From a virus (Duplodnaviria > Caudoviricetes): 64,000 nucleotides of DNA. The notes below the pieces were generated by a model. It did no database searches and was not told where the DNA came from. It saw nothing but the letters and a program-made list of their open reading frames with translations. The translations under genes and the position numbers were made by a program. The stretch lies in the IMG/VR virus record IMGVR_UViG_3300013121_000046; one strand, given 5' to 3'. This document shows, piece after piece, positions 27,674-36,567 of this stretch. Positions within the stretch are counted from its first letter, which is position 1; each line of letters begins with the position of its first letter.

Positions 27674-29314
27674 TTACTGGGTTGGAGATGGAACGGATCC
27701 TGGAGAAACCTGTTGCGGAATTTCTGTATCCCCTTGCTCAGGGGTATTTCTTTGCGGTATTATCACACGATTCAACAAATCACCGTAGATTTGTTCAAAC
27801 TGCTGACGATGAATCGGAAGAGCACTCAGTAGAGCAGCTATATCTGGATCTTCTGGTGAAATTCCGTCTGCACCCAAAGGTATAGGCGGCACAGCCTGAC
27901 GCAGGGCTTCAACACTAAAAGCCAAAGTCTCTGCGTCTGTTCCGCCAACCTGAAAAGGAATACCCAATTCCCTACAAGCTGTATCTGCTGCGACTAGACT
28001 ATACCAATACCCAGCATAAACGGATGACACATCTTCAGAGATATCTGGCACAGTCTTCTGTACCAGTCTAAATATAAAGTTAGAGTAACTATCTCGACCT
28101 TTACGAAGAGAAATCCCTAAATCTCCAGTAAACATCTCTGCCAAAATTTGTAGCGTCTTGGGTACAGAATCTTTAGACGATAAGTCATCATAGACTTCAA
28201 AAGCCCCCTTCTTACCTCTCATTCCTTCCCATAATTTCTTGACTTGATTATCGAAGGGGATTAGCCCTTCGTGAGGACCATGACACCGAATACAACTTAA
28301 CGGAGGAAATAATCTCTTGGTATGAGGGGCTGGAACAAGATGGTCCGCAACTACATTATCGGGTGCCCAGTCTAACAAATCCCCCGCTGAATTCCAAATC
28401 GTCCACTCTTGTCCTCCGTTTGACCAGTCCACAATAACTTCATTCCCCCGAGCCCCACTCTTAGGAAAATCCAGTAAATTTCTAATGGGGCTCCTGGTAG
28501 GATCATCATCCTCATCAAATACATCATCGGTAATCCAAATCAAACTACTACCAACGCTACTCCTCACTCCAGCCCCGGGAAAGACCCGAATCATCCTCTC
28601 TTTGCCTGTCACGCCTGAATAAAAAAGAGCCGCCCTTTCCTCGCTGCGTAATTTTTCCACCTGTTCCTGTGAAGCACCCCGGGACAAGAGATAATCCTTA
28701 AATTTCATCCCCTTTATACCACGCCAGTCGTAATATAACTGCTTACCTATAGTCCCATTGGAGATATAAGTAAGCCAGTCCCCTCGAACTATTGGACAAA
28801 CACTTTTTACATTATCACTCAACGCCAATAGGGAAACACCAAATCTTGGGTGCGGAGTAGGTGTTTGTACTGCCTCAAACTTAAAATCATAAGTCTTTCC
28901 ATCTTTGGCCTTAAAGGGTTCCACCTTAACTTTAGTTTGAATAGTTTGAAAAACATGGAAGTATGGCTCAATTGACGCTAGGTCTTCCCAGATAGTAAAT
29001 ATCTGAACATAGTCTTTCTCATCCGGAGCAATCGCTCGGAGATCCACCCGAAGTAGGTGACCCCCAACTAGAACTTCCGGAATAATAGGTAATCCGGTAC
29101 GAGTCAAAGACAGATTTAGGGTAAAGACTACCGCATCTCGGATAGTCGCATCTGCTCTAGGGACCCAAATATATCGCTGATAGGGACGATGCTGCTCAGG
29201 AATACTAGCTGAATCCCTCAACGCTGCTTCAACCACAGCGGAGGGAGGCGTCTGAGCAAAAAGAGCGATTGGGTACAGCAGAAAAAAAGAGAAAAGATAA
29301 GCTACTTTTCTCAT
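27674..29314 (-). CDS. exported c-type cytochrome domain protein
   Basis: Signal peptide ending ALFA; LSCIRCHG heme motif; SGVT..ER, GNEVI...SNG and APDNVVAD motifs. Confidence 0.7.
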   Translation of the reverse strand: MRKVAYLFSFFLLYPIALFAQTPPSAVVEAALRDSASIPEQHRPYQRYIWVPRADATIRDAVVFTLNLSLTRTGLPIIPEVLVGGHLLRVDLRAIAPDEKDYVQIFTIWEDLASIEPYFHVFQTIQTKVKVEPFKAKDGKTYDFKFEAVQTPTPHPRFGVSLLALSDNVKSVCPIVRGDWLTYISNGTIGKQLYYDWRGIKGMKFKDYLLSRGASQEQVEKLRSEERAALFYSGVTGKERMIRVFPGAGVRSSVGSSLIWITDDVFDEDDDPTRSPIRNLLDFPKSGARGNEVIVDWSNGGQEWTIWNSAGDLLDWAPDNVVADHLVPAPHTKRLFPPLSCIRCHGPHEGLIPFDNQVKKLWEGMRGKKGAFEVYDDLSSKDSVPKTLQILAEMFTGDLGISLRKGRDSYSNFIFRLVQKTVPDISEDVSSVYAGYWYSLVAADTACRELGIPFQVGGTDAETLAFSVEALRQAVPPIPLGADGISPEDPDIAALLSALPIHRQQFEQIYGDLLNRVIIPQRNTPEQGDTEIPQQVSPGSVPSPTQ

Positions 29315-29374
29315 AGTAACTCCTGAGGCAGATTTTTATGCGTCCAGCCGAAATGTCTCCCCTACTTATACGAG

Positions 29375-30406
29375 CTACTTGCCATCCGGCCGAAAAACCC
29401 AACGGCCCGTAACTCCATTCAGAACAATGGGTCCCCAAGATATCTCTCCCGGAGCCTTTACCGGAGGAGCCGGAGCCTTCACCGCAGAACTCAGAACTGT
29501 TCCAGGGTCAATTAAACCATAGCCATAATCCGGGTCTTCACCAGCAGCACCAGCATCAATAGCGGTACTCTGAAGAAGTTTCTTCAATTCTGAGTTATTC
29601 TTAAACGTTGGATTCTCTGATTTCTTATTCAGAGAAACTGCTAAGGCAACTACCCCACTAACAAAAGGGGTGGCCATGCTGGTTCCAGATAATTTTGCAT
29701 AGGTACCATTTTTATAGGTAGACAAAATATCCTGACCAGGGGCACAAATATCCACCTCGGGCCCACGAGAAGAGAAGGGAGCAACGGTCCCATCCGACAT
29801 TACGGCCCCTACAGAAACTGTAAAAGCCCACTTTGCCGGATAGTTAACAGAATCGACTCTAGGTCCATCATTTCCAGCGGCACAAACCACGTACAGCCCA
29901 GCAGAAACAGCCTGCTGTAAAGCCTGCATGATAGGCCCCGCTGGGACCGGGCTCCCCAGAGACATAGATATAATATCAGCCTTTTTCTCTATGGCCCAAA
30001 GAATGCCTTGCACCACACTCTGAGTACTTCCTGAACCGTCATCACCCAGGACTTTTCCCACCAGAATCTTACACTCCGGAGCAACACCAATGACTCCTAC
30101 ATCATTTTGACGAGCCCCAATAGTCCCAGACACATGGGAACCGTGTCCCTGCATATCCTCAGGGCCAAATCTAGAGAATGTAAAATCCTGGGCATCCAAA
30201 ATGGCTGCCTGAAGATCCTTATGACTCAAGTTGCAACCAGTATCCAAAACGGCAACTGTTACTCCCTCACCCTTGGTCTTCGTCCATTGATCCGGTATTT
30301 TTCCAAAACGTAATCCCCAATCCATTGTTTCAGACAAAGATGTAACTGAAATCTCCTGAATTCCAAACAGAGGGGGATTACGCCAAATAGTAGATTCATC
30401 GGACAT
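29375..30406 (-). CDS. subtilisin-family (S8) serine protease, intracellular-subtilisin-like
   Basis: Catalytic triad LDTG, HGSH, GTSMATP; oxyanion AAGN; no signal peptide or long prodomain. Confidence 0.95.
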   Translation of the reverse strand: MSDESTIWRNPPLFGIQEISVTSLSETMDWGLRFGKIPDQWTKTKGEGVTVAVLDTGCNLSHKDLQAAILDAQDFTFSRFGPEDMQGHGSHVSGTIGARQNDVGVIGVAPECKILVGKVLGDDGSGSTQSVVQGILWAIEKKADIISMSLGSPVPAGPIMQALQQAVSAGLYVVCAAGNDGPRVDSVNYPAKWAFTVSVGAVMSDGTVAPFSSRGPEVDICAPGQDILSTYKNGTYAKLSGTSMATPFVSGVVALAVSLNKKSENPTFKNNSELKKLLQSTAIDAGAAGEDPDYGYGLIDPGTVLSSAVKAPAPPVKAPGEISWGPIVLNGVTGRWVFRPDGK

Positions 30407-30426
30407 TTGAGAACCCTTAAGGGGGA

Positions 30427-30894
30427 TTAACCCAAAAGCTGAATTAACTGAAGGATCAGAGGGATAACTCTACCCACTAATAAAGCCCACCCTACGGCCG
30501 ACTGAGCTTGCCACTTCTCCGCAAGAACCGCCTCAGTTTCTAAGGCAGAGAAAGAGGGCATGAGATTCTTAAGGAGCAGATTCTTAAGAATCGCTAAAAC
30601 TACCGGGTTATCCAAGGCCGAGGAAATAACTGATACGAGAGAATCGTCTACCTGTGTATCAGTGAGCTTAGCCAGTAATTCGGCAGCTTTTTTGATAATT
30701 TCCAACCGCTGCTTCAAGGCAACTTCATCGTCCCAAGGGGCGGAAATCGCCAACCACTCTTTAAGCAGGGGCAGAAAAGCATCCAGAAGACCTGAAGCAG
30801 CAAATTTCTTATACAGGCTTATTAACTCTTTGAAATCCTTCAATTTGCTAAAAGCCTGAGCATCGAAAGAAGCGGGTTGAATTCTGCGAGCCAT
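30427..30894 (-). CDS. helical protein with C-terminal hydrophobic segment
   Basis: Start at MARRIQP with AAGGA RBS; ends WALLVGRVIPLILQLIQLLG. Confidence 0.6.
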   Translation of the reverse strand: MARRIQPASFDAQAFSKLKDFKELISLYKKFAASGLLDAFLPLLKEWLAISAPWDDEVALKQRLEIIKKAAELLAKLTDTQVDDSLVSVISSALDNPVVLAILKNLLLKNLMPSFSALETEAVLAEKWQAQSAVGWALLVGRVIPLILQLIQLLG

Positions 30895-30904
30895 AGGAAC
30901 ATCC

Positions 30905-31939
30905 TTAGGATAGAGATAGAGTGCGGTCGCCTTGGAAAGTAAACTCAATCTGATCGGTGTTTGTATAGGTCGAAACTGAGAGTTCTTTTACCCCACTGTA
31001 AAGGGGATACAATTTAGGGGTATTGGCTAAGTAGTACTCATACTTCAAGCCAGGGGAAGCCACATTTACTGTCCCACTTACCGTCGAAATAGTAATAACC
31101 TCAGAAGAGCCGGTAATTGGGTCAACCAAAAGAGCTTTCTCCCCAGCAATAAAGGGAGCCGTGCTGGAAACATTTATTGCCGTTGCTCCAACAGCCAAAT
31201 CCCCGGTTGTAACGCTGACTCTTCCCACAGGAAATGCCGTTCCTACCACAGATCCATTTGTGACCGTAACCGTCACATCATGGGTAGTTTCACCGTCCGC
31301 CAAGTAAACGGTCAGTGTAAATGCCAAATTAGAGCCACCAATAGTGTTTTCCACCACAACGGTAGAAATGACTCCGGGCCCAGTCCGAGAGGTGTCACAA
31401 ATGGCCCCACCCTCTGGACCATCCTCATAGCCGGTTGCTCCAGTGATTACGTGATCGGTTAGAGCCGAGGTCACATTTACATGACCTAATAGAGAGTCTC
31501 CGTTGGGCCAAAGGTAAGCCGCCCCTAATCTCTGAGAAAAATTCTCGTAGTAGAGATCACCGAAGTATTCATGGACACGCCAACCCACATCAGACAGAAA
31601 AGAAGTCCACCCCGAGGCTAAGCCCAAGTCTGTAGCAAAATAATCTCTGTGAAGAGAGAACCACTCACTGAGGCGACTACCGATACTCACATCCTGAAGT
31701 CGAGTATCCACAATAGTCATCTGAGAACCCTTAACCCGGTTCTCATAGGTCATATTGGCCGCTACCTGAGCCGGAGGAGACACCGGAAGATCCACAGTAG
31801 ACCAAATATAATCCGAATCTCGCCCAGAAATTGCTAAAAGCAGGGCCTGCTTATAAGCGGCTAAATGATCGGCCTGGAGTTGGATCTTAAGGCCAACCTC
31901 TTCCGGGGTCGTGGGGGAAGACATATATTCTGACTCCAA
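30905..31939 (-). CDS. virion structural protein, paralog of 14636..17578
   Basis: Shares YFA...[K/R]VH..F...L.AA block and C-terminal [E/D]RT[I/L]; Thr/Val/Ser-rich beta insert. Confidence 0.6.
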   Translation of the reverse strand: MESEYMSSPTTPEEVGLKIQLQADHLAAYKQALLLAISGRDSDYIWSTVDLPVSPPAQVAANMTYENRVKGSQMTIVDTRLQDVSIGSRLSEWFSLHRDYFATDLGLASGWTSFLSDVGWRVHEYFGDLYYENFSQRLGAAYLWPNGDSLLGHVNVTSALTDHVITGATGYEDGPEGGAICDTSRTGPGVISTVVVENTIGGSNLAFTLTVYLADGETTHDVTVTVTNGSVVGTAFPVGRVSVTTGDLAVGATAINVSSTAPFIAGEKALLVDPITGSSEVITISTVSGTVNVASPGLKYEYYLANTPKLYPLYSGVKELSVSTYTNTDQIEFTFQGDRTLSLS

Positions 31940-32010
31940 TTAGGAAGCAACCTAGAACAAGACACTTCATGTATCAATTCCCCGTATGAACGAATCACAA
32001 AATGTAAAAT

Positions 32011-32051
32011 AAAAAACCTCGCAGGCCCCAAAGGAACCTGCGAGGTTTTTT
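32011..32051. terminator. intrinsic terminator (bidirectional-type) downstream of the VWA gene
   Basis: AAAAAACCTCGCAGG/CCTGCGAGGTTTTTT inverted repeat. Confidence 0.85.
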
Positions 32052-32084
32052 AGTCACTACTCTACTTTTGTTTTCAGGTACACA

Positions 32085-33845
32085 TCAAGCGATATCCTGC
32101 AAGGAGATCGTATCCCCGAATTTCGGGAGATAGCTCTGATAATTGGACTTAACCATAGCCAAGTCCCAAACAGCCCACAAAACCGGGTACTCAGGAGCCT
32201 TGTCCGGGTACACACCAAATAAATCAGTGAAATAGATAAGGAAATCCGGGTTCCGGGTCTTGGCGAAATGGTCAAAAACCGGACGGAAGTCCGTACCACC
32301 ACCCCCCTTAGGAGACCAGTCAATCGTTCCCCCTTCCCAGACTTCCTGACAACTCTGAATCGCTGCATCGCAGCAAAGCAAAACCAAGTCATGCGCGGGA
32401 ATTTGACCTCGAATCGACTCAACTTCAGCCGCAAACCGGTTCAACAATTCTTGAGAAATACTCCCAGAAGTATCAATCGCAATGGCCCCGCACAACTTCC
32501 CAATTTGCAAACCCGGAATAATCGTCCCGGTACGAGCCAAATATCCCCGATTCGGCCTCTGGTAAGAGTAGTCCGAACGGGCCACTTGAATGACAAACCG
32601 AGACAATTCCGCTCGCCAGTCCCGAGTTTTACGTTGAACAATCTCAACATTGAGGCACGCATTACCAGCACCTTTCCCGTGCTGACGAAGGGCCGCTCGT
32701 TCTGCTTCCTGCATCTCCTCCTCTGATGCCCTCTCCGTGGTCCCTTCCACATCGGCATCCTGAGAAATGTCGATCACATCTCCATTCTCATCAATCACTT
32801 GAGCATACTGACCGTTCCCCAGATCCTTAGCCCCTTCGGGAACTTGATCCTCAATATCGCCAATAAAAATATGCCGCTTTTGGGGAGGAGTCAGGTCAGA
32901 ACTAGAATCTGTAGGAGAACCCCCCTGCCCGGAAGAATTATCTTCCCCAGGATTACCTTTCCCAGAATTACCCCAATCCGGAATGGGAAACCCACCAGAA
33001 CCTGAGCATTGACCACAATCCCCATTTTCACCAGATTGACCTTCCTGCCCATTCATCCCGGCAGCATTGCTCTCCATCTCCTCTACTTCATCAAGCATGG
33101 CCGAGAAAATAGCTTCAGTCGATCTACCAGCCCATTCCGGATAATACACCGAAGTATCAAGCATCGGCATCCCGGCATCTTCCAAATCATCTTTAATCGT
33201 ACCGTGAATCGCGGCATCCGCCGCCAAATTCCAGATTTTGGCATTCCGCTGTCGCAAAATGCTCTTAGCAAATCGCCGAAAAGTATCCTTGGTCGGATCC
33301 GGACACTTCGTACGGGCCAAATACCCATCAATCTCAGCATCGTCCGGAATCACATACCCCTGCGAACGCCAAATGTGCCGCCAAACCACATGGGCCATCT
33401 CATGGACAACCACAAAAGCCCGCTCTTCAAGAGTGAGCGAAGCAATGAAAACCGGGTTGAAAAATAGGTTTTTGCCGTCCGTAGCTGCGGTAGGCAGCCA
33501 ATCGGTCTTGGGGATTTTGGGCATTCGCCTTGCGCGATATGCCCACAGAATGTCATAGTTATCCTCAACCAAATCAATGGCTTCGGTCAGATTGTCCAAC
33601 TGAGCCTCAATATACTGAGTCCGCCCCGAGGGATCCAATTCCTCAAACTTCTTAGTCTCTTCGCGACAGCGAAGAACCAATCGCAACCCATTCCGGGACA
33701 TTCCCGTACCAGTCAACAGCGTATCCTGATCCTCCTGCGGAAGAGCTTGGAAGCCAGCCCAAGTCAAGCCTTTCAGACTTTCTTTCTGAGCCTCCGTCAA
33801 TTCTGGCAGTTTGGTTGTGTTATCCGGGGGGGCAAAAAAAGACAT
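32085..33845 (-). CDS. DUF2201-type metallopeptidase plus VWA domain protein
   Basis: TAATDG, HEMAH (HExxH), WNLAADAAI, MIDAS DTSGS, GGGTDF and FTD motifs. Confidence 0.9.
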   Translation of the reverse strand: MSFFAPPDNTTKLPELTEAQKESLKGLTWAGFQALPQEDQDTLLTGTGMSRNGLRLVLRCREETKKFEELDPSGRTQYIEAQLDNLTEAIDLVEDNYDILWAYRARRMPKIPKTDWLPTAATDGKNLFFNPVFIASLTLEERAFVVVHEMAHVVWRHIWRSQGYVIPDDAEIDGYLARTKCPDPTKDTFRRFAKSILRQRNAKIWNLAADAAIHGTIKDDLEDAGMPMLDTSVYYPEWAGRSTEAIFSAMLDEVEEMESNAAGMNGQEGQSGENGDCGQCSGSGGFPIPDWGNSGKGNPGEDNSSGQGGSPTDSSSDLTPPQKRHIFIGDIEDQVPEGAKDLGNGQYAQVIDENGDVIDISQDADVEGTTERASEEEMQEAERAALRQHGKGAGNACLNVEIVQRKTRDWRAELSRFVIQVARSDYSYQRPNRGYLARTGTIIPGLQIGKLCGAIAIDTSGSISQELLNRFAAEVESIRGQIPAHDLVLLCCDAAIQSCQEVWEGGTIDWSPKGGGGTDFRPVFDHFAKTRNPDFLIYFTDLFGVYPDKAPEYPVLWAVWDLAMVKSNYQSYLPKFGDTISLQDIA

Positions 33846-33884
33846 GATAACCTCTCAAAAAATACCCGGTGCGTCTTGATATTG

Positions 33885-33900
33885 GTATATACCCCAAAAA
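33885..33900 (-). promoter_or_regulatory. shared 16-bp upstream motif TTTTTGGGGTATATAC
   Basis: Identical to 36491..36506; 40 nt upstream of the VWA gene start. Confidence 0.6.
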
Positions 33901-34052
33901 TATATATCTAGGGGTGTTTTTTCCAAATATTTTTACTACTTTTCAAGGCAACAGTGACTGTTAGGACTGTCCAGGCTAGGGGCTAGCTTACCCCCAAAAT
34001 TACGTAGGCTATCGCCATAACAGGGTCAAAAAGAAACCTTGAACCTTGGAGT

Positions 34053-34295
34053 CTAACCCCCATGCAATCTTTTCTTGAGAGCCGAATTCGCAAACCAAAA
34101 AGAACCCCCCCTTTTTTCTGAGAGTCCATACGTTAGGTAAGAACCAGAAATTTCCTGTGTTTTATCCTTTGACCTACAGCGGAACTTGAGAGACGGAGAA
34201 ACCTTGACCATCCCCCAAATCAAATCCGGGGTAAGTTTATCTAGTAGTGAAAAAATATCCTGTGAACAATAGGGCTCTCTGCTGTTATTCCCCAT
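34053..34295 (-). CDS. small hypothetical protein (paralog of 34308..34568)
   Basis: LDKLTPDLIW..FRCRS..NSALKKRL aligns with LERLIPGSQW..FRAKS..SSNLKNRV. Confidence 0.55.
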   Translation of the reverse strand: MGNNSREPYCSQDIFSLLDKLTPDLIWGMVKVSPSLKFRCRSKDKTQEISGSYLTYGLSEKRGGSFWFANSALKKRLHGG

Positions 34296-34307
34296 CAGAG
34301 ATTCCCC

Positions 34308-34568
34308 CTAAAACTTAACACGATTTTTGAGATTCGAGGATAGGTGCCAAACTCTACTAAAATCCCCTATGTCCCCCCACATAGAGGTATAGGCCAAAAA
34401 ATTTACCCCCCAATCCTCTCCGAGTTGAGATTTAGCTCGAAATACAAAATCCCCAAACAAATAGAGATTTGAAACCTCAGACCACTGACTTCCGGGGATG
34501 AGTCTTTCTAGAAAAACAACTAGGACGGCCCGAGAGTACCGCCCCTTATGATTAGCTGTCTGATTCAA
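34308..34568 (-). CDS. small hypothetical protein (paralog of 34053..34295)
   Basis: Similarity to the adjacent ORF. Confidence 0.55.
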   Translation of the reverse strand: MNQTANHKGRYSRAVLVVFLERLIPGSQWSEVSNLYLFGDFVFRAKSQLGEDWGVNFLAYTSMWGDIGDFSRVWHLSSNLKNRVKF

Positions 34569-34803
34569 GGGTGGGGTTTTCCATATAGGACTCTAACGCT
34601 CTGGCTTCACAGACAGGACAAACAGCCCTCGCCAAAGTTGCTAATTTCTCGACTTCTTGGCAAATATAGTCGATTCTTTCTTGGTCACACCCCAGTTGCT
34701 CTAATAGAGCACATATCTCCTCAGAAAGAGGGTGTGGGCCTAGGTCATTATCATAGGGACCACCAGAGCAACCGGGGGGATAACTCCAACCAAAAAGACT
34801 CAT
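34552..34803 (-). CDS. small hypothetical protein
   Basis: GWSYPPGC N-terminus typical of small phage proteins; CPVC. Confidence 0.6.
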   Translation of the reverse strand: MSLFGWSYPPGCSGGPYDNDLGPHPLSEEICALLEQLGCDQERIDYICQEVEKLATLARAVCPVCEARALESYMENPTLESDS

Positions 34804-34864
34804 AGGTAAACCCTAAGCTAGAGCAGAATGATGTAATACCTAATGCTCTTTTTACTCTGAAGTG

Positions 34865-35227
34865 TTATACTCTCACCTGATAAGTTTTCAACTCGTCACT
34901 CAACTCGGAGATACCCCAGTCGAAAAGCTGAAGAACTTTCTTCTTAGTTGTCATCTGCCGCGTCCAATTCTGAGCCTCGCACCCAGTTTTTTCTACCGAA
35001 ACTGCTGCCAGCAAGGTAAACATCTCTGAAAGAAACAGTAATTGTCTATCCATCGGTGCCTTTTTATCTAACAGTTTTAATCGTTTCCCGCAATCTAAAA
35101 CTAGGTCTCGAACAGTACTCCAGTTATAAAATTCGGCTACTGTTCGAGACTTATTTACCGATAACTTCTTTCCCTTGATTCTTTTCTGTACCCCTCGTAA
35201 AACCGCCAGCTTTTCTGTGATTTTCAT
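34865..35227 (-). CDS. hypothetical protein
   Basis: Probable start at MKITEKL; ends NW......VLQLFD. Confidence 0.55.
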   Translation of the reverse strand: MKITEKLAVLRGVQKRIKGKKLSVNKSRTVAEFYNWSTVRDLVLDCGKRLKLLDKKAPMDRQLLFLSEMFTLLAAVSVEKTGCEAQNWTRQMTTKKKVLQLFDWGISELSDELKTYQVRV

Positions 35228-35308
35228 AATCCATATCCTAAAAAACCCACAAGAGGATGTAACTCCTCTTGTGGGTAGTCCCCAAAACTCCCTCGAACAC
35301 AACCCTAA

Positions 35309-36418
35309 CTATCGACCCTTATTGTCTTGCTCCGACAAGTAGTGAGAGTACCCGGCAATCGACTGGACGTAACCCAAGCCGAACCGCTCCTCCAGGGCGC
35401 GAATTGCCACATACGCCATTTCTTCCGGCAACTGCGTGCAGAACCGACAAACGCGATCCACAGCCTTCTCTTCCTGAGGACACATCGACCCCAAGAGGAC
35501 TGCCAAACTGGACGCCTCCTGCGAACTTAGGGGCCGTCCCTGCTTATAGTCATCCTGCGACCAAATCAAATTGGCCGGAGGAATCTGGTTCTCCTCATTC
35601 ACCAAAAACTTCAAATAGGCCAAAGCCGGAGCCATCCCAACTGCCGCAGAAACAGCCAACCGAGTCAACTCCAGGGACTTCTTCTTGTCCGGATCATTCC
35701 CCATAATCTCCGCCACAAATGCCCAAGACCGGGGGGAAGGCCAAGCGCTACCCGAATTGTCTGCACTCATATCGTGCAGAAGGGTCGGGTTTATCAACAG
35801 GAATGCAATCAGATTGGGATTGACGTTGTTACGGAAGGCCCAATCCATCCAATCATAGATATCCGGCTTCACTTCAGCATGGATAAACCGATTCGCCAAA
35901 GGCGAAGGCATACGGAAAGTCACGCCACGGTCACTCTCTCGATTACCGGCGGCAATAATTCGACAGTCTTTGGGAAGACACGTCTCTCCAACCCGTCGAT
36001 CCAGGATCAACTGGTATCCTGCCGCCTGCACCGAAGGCGGAGCGGAATTGATCTCATCCAAGAAAAGAACCGTGTTCTTTTCGTTCGGCTGAGGGAGAAA
36101 CTTCGGAGGAAACCAAACGCATTGCTTGGTTGCCATATCGGGGACACCGATGCCCCGCAAGTCGATGGGGTCCAACTGACTCAATCGCACATCGTACAGC
36201 TTGAGTCCATGATCCGCACAGTACTGTCGAACGCCATCCGACTTCCCCACTCCTGGGGGGCCCCAAATCATCAGAGCACGGTGCGAAGGAATCACCCCCA
36301 AAAGGCGCTTCAGATCACTGACCCGAACAATTGGGGCACCCCCCTCTTCCTTCCGCTTGCCCTGCATATTCTTAGGGGCTCGGACTCGTCCCAAGGGCTT
36401 CTTAGCTACCGGAGCCAT
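35309..36418 (-). CDS. MoxR-like AAA+ ATPase
   Basis: Walker A GPPGVGKS, Walker B LFLDE, AAGN, PLANRF and PSPRSW motifs; GGAGGA RBS. Confidence 0.93.
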   Translation of the reverse strand: MAPVAKKPLGRVRAPKNMQGKRKEEGGAPIVRVSDLKRLLGVIPSHRALMIWGPPGVGKSDGVRQYCADHGLKLYDVRLSQLDPIDLRGIGVPDMATKQCVWFPPKFLPQPNEKNTVLFLDEINSAPPSVQAAGYQLILDRRVGETCLPKDCRIIAAGNRESDRGVTFRMPSPLANRFIHAEVKPDIYDWMDWAFRNNVNPNLIAFLLINPTLLHDMSADNSGSAWPSPRSWAFVAEIMGNDPDKKKSLELTRLAVSAAVGMAPALAYLKFLVNEENQIPPANLIWSQDDYKQGRPLSSQEASSLAVLLGSMCPQEEKAVDRVCRFCTQLPEEMAYVAIRALEERFGLGYVQSIAGYSHYLSEQDNKGR

Positions 36419-36490
36419 ACTTCCTCCAAAAATTCCTAAAATTGTGCCGGTAAATCCTTGGTAGGGGCTCGTTCCCCAACCTCAACACAA

Positions 36491-36506
36491 GTATATACCC
36501 CAAAAA
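36491..36506 (-). promoter_or_regulatory. shared 16-bp upstream motif TTTTTGGGGTATATAC
   Basis: Identical to 33885..33900; 73 nt upstream of the AAA gene start. Confidence 0.6.
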
Positions 36507-36567
36507 ATATCTATGATGGGAAAAATAATAAAAAATTTTTCCGGCCCAATTTAACGTCTTCTCGTAG

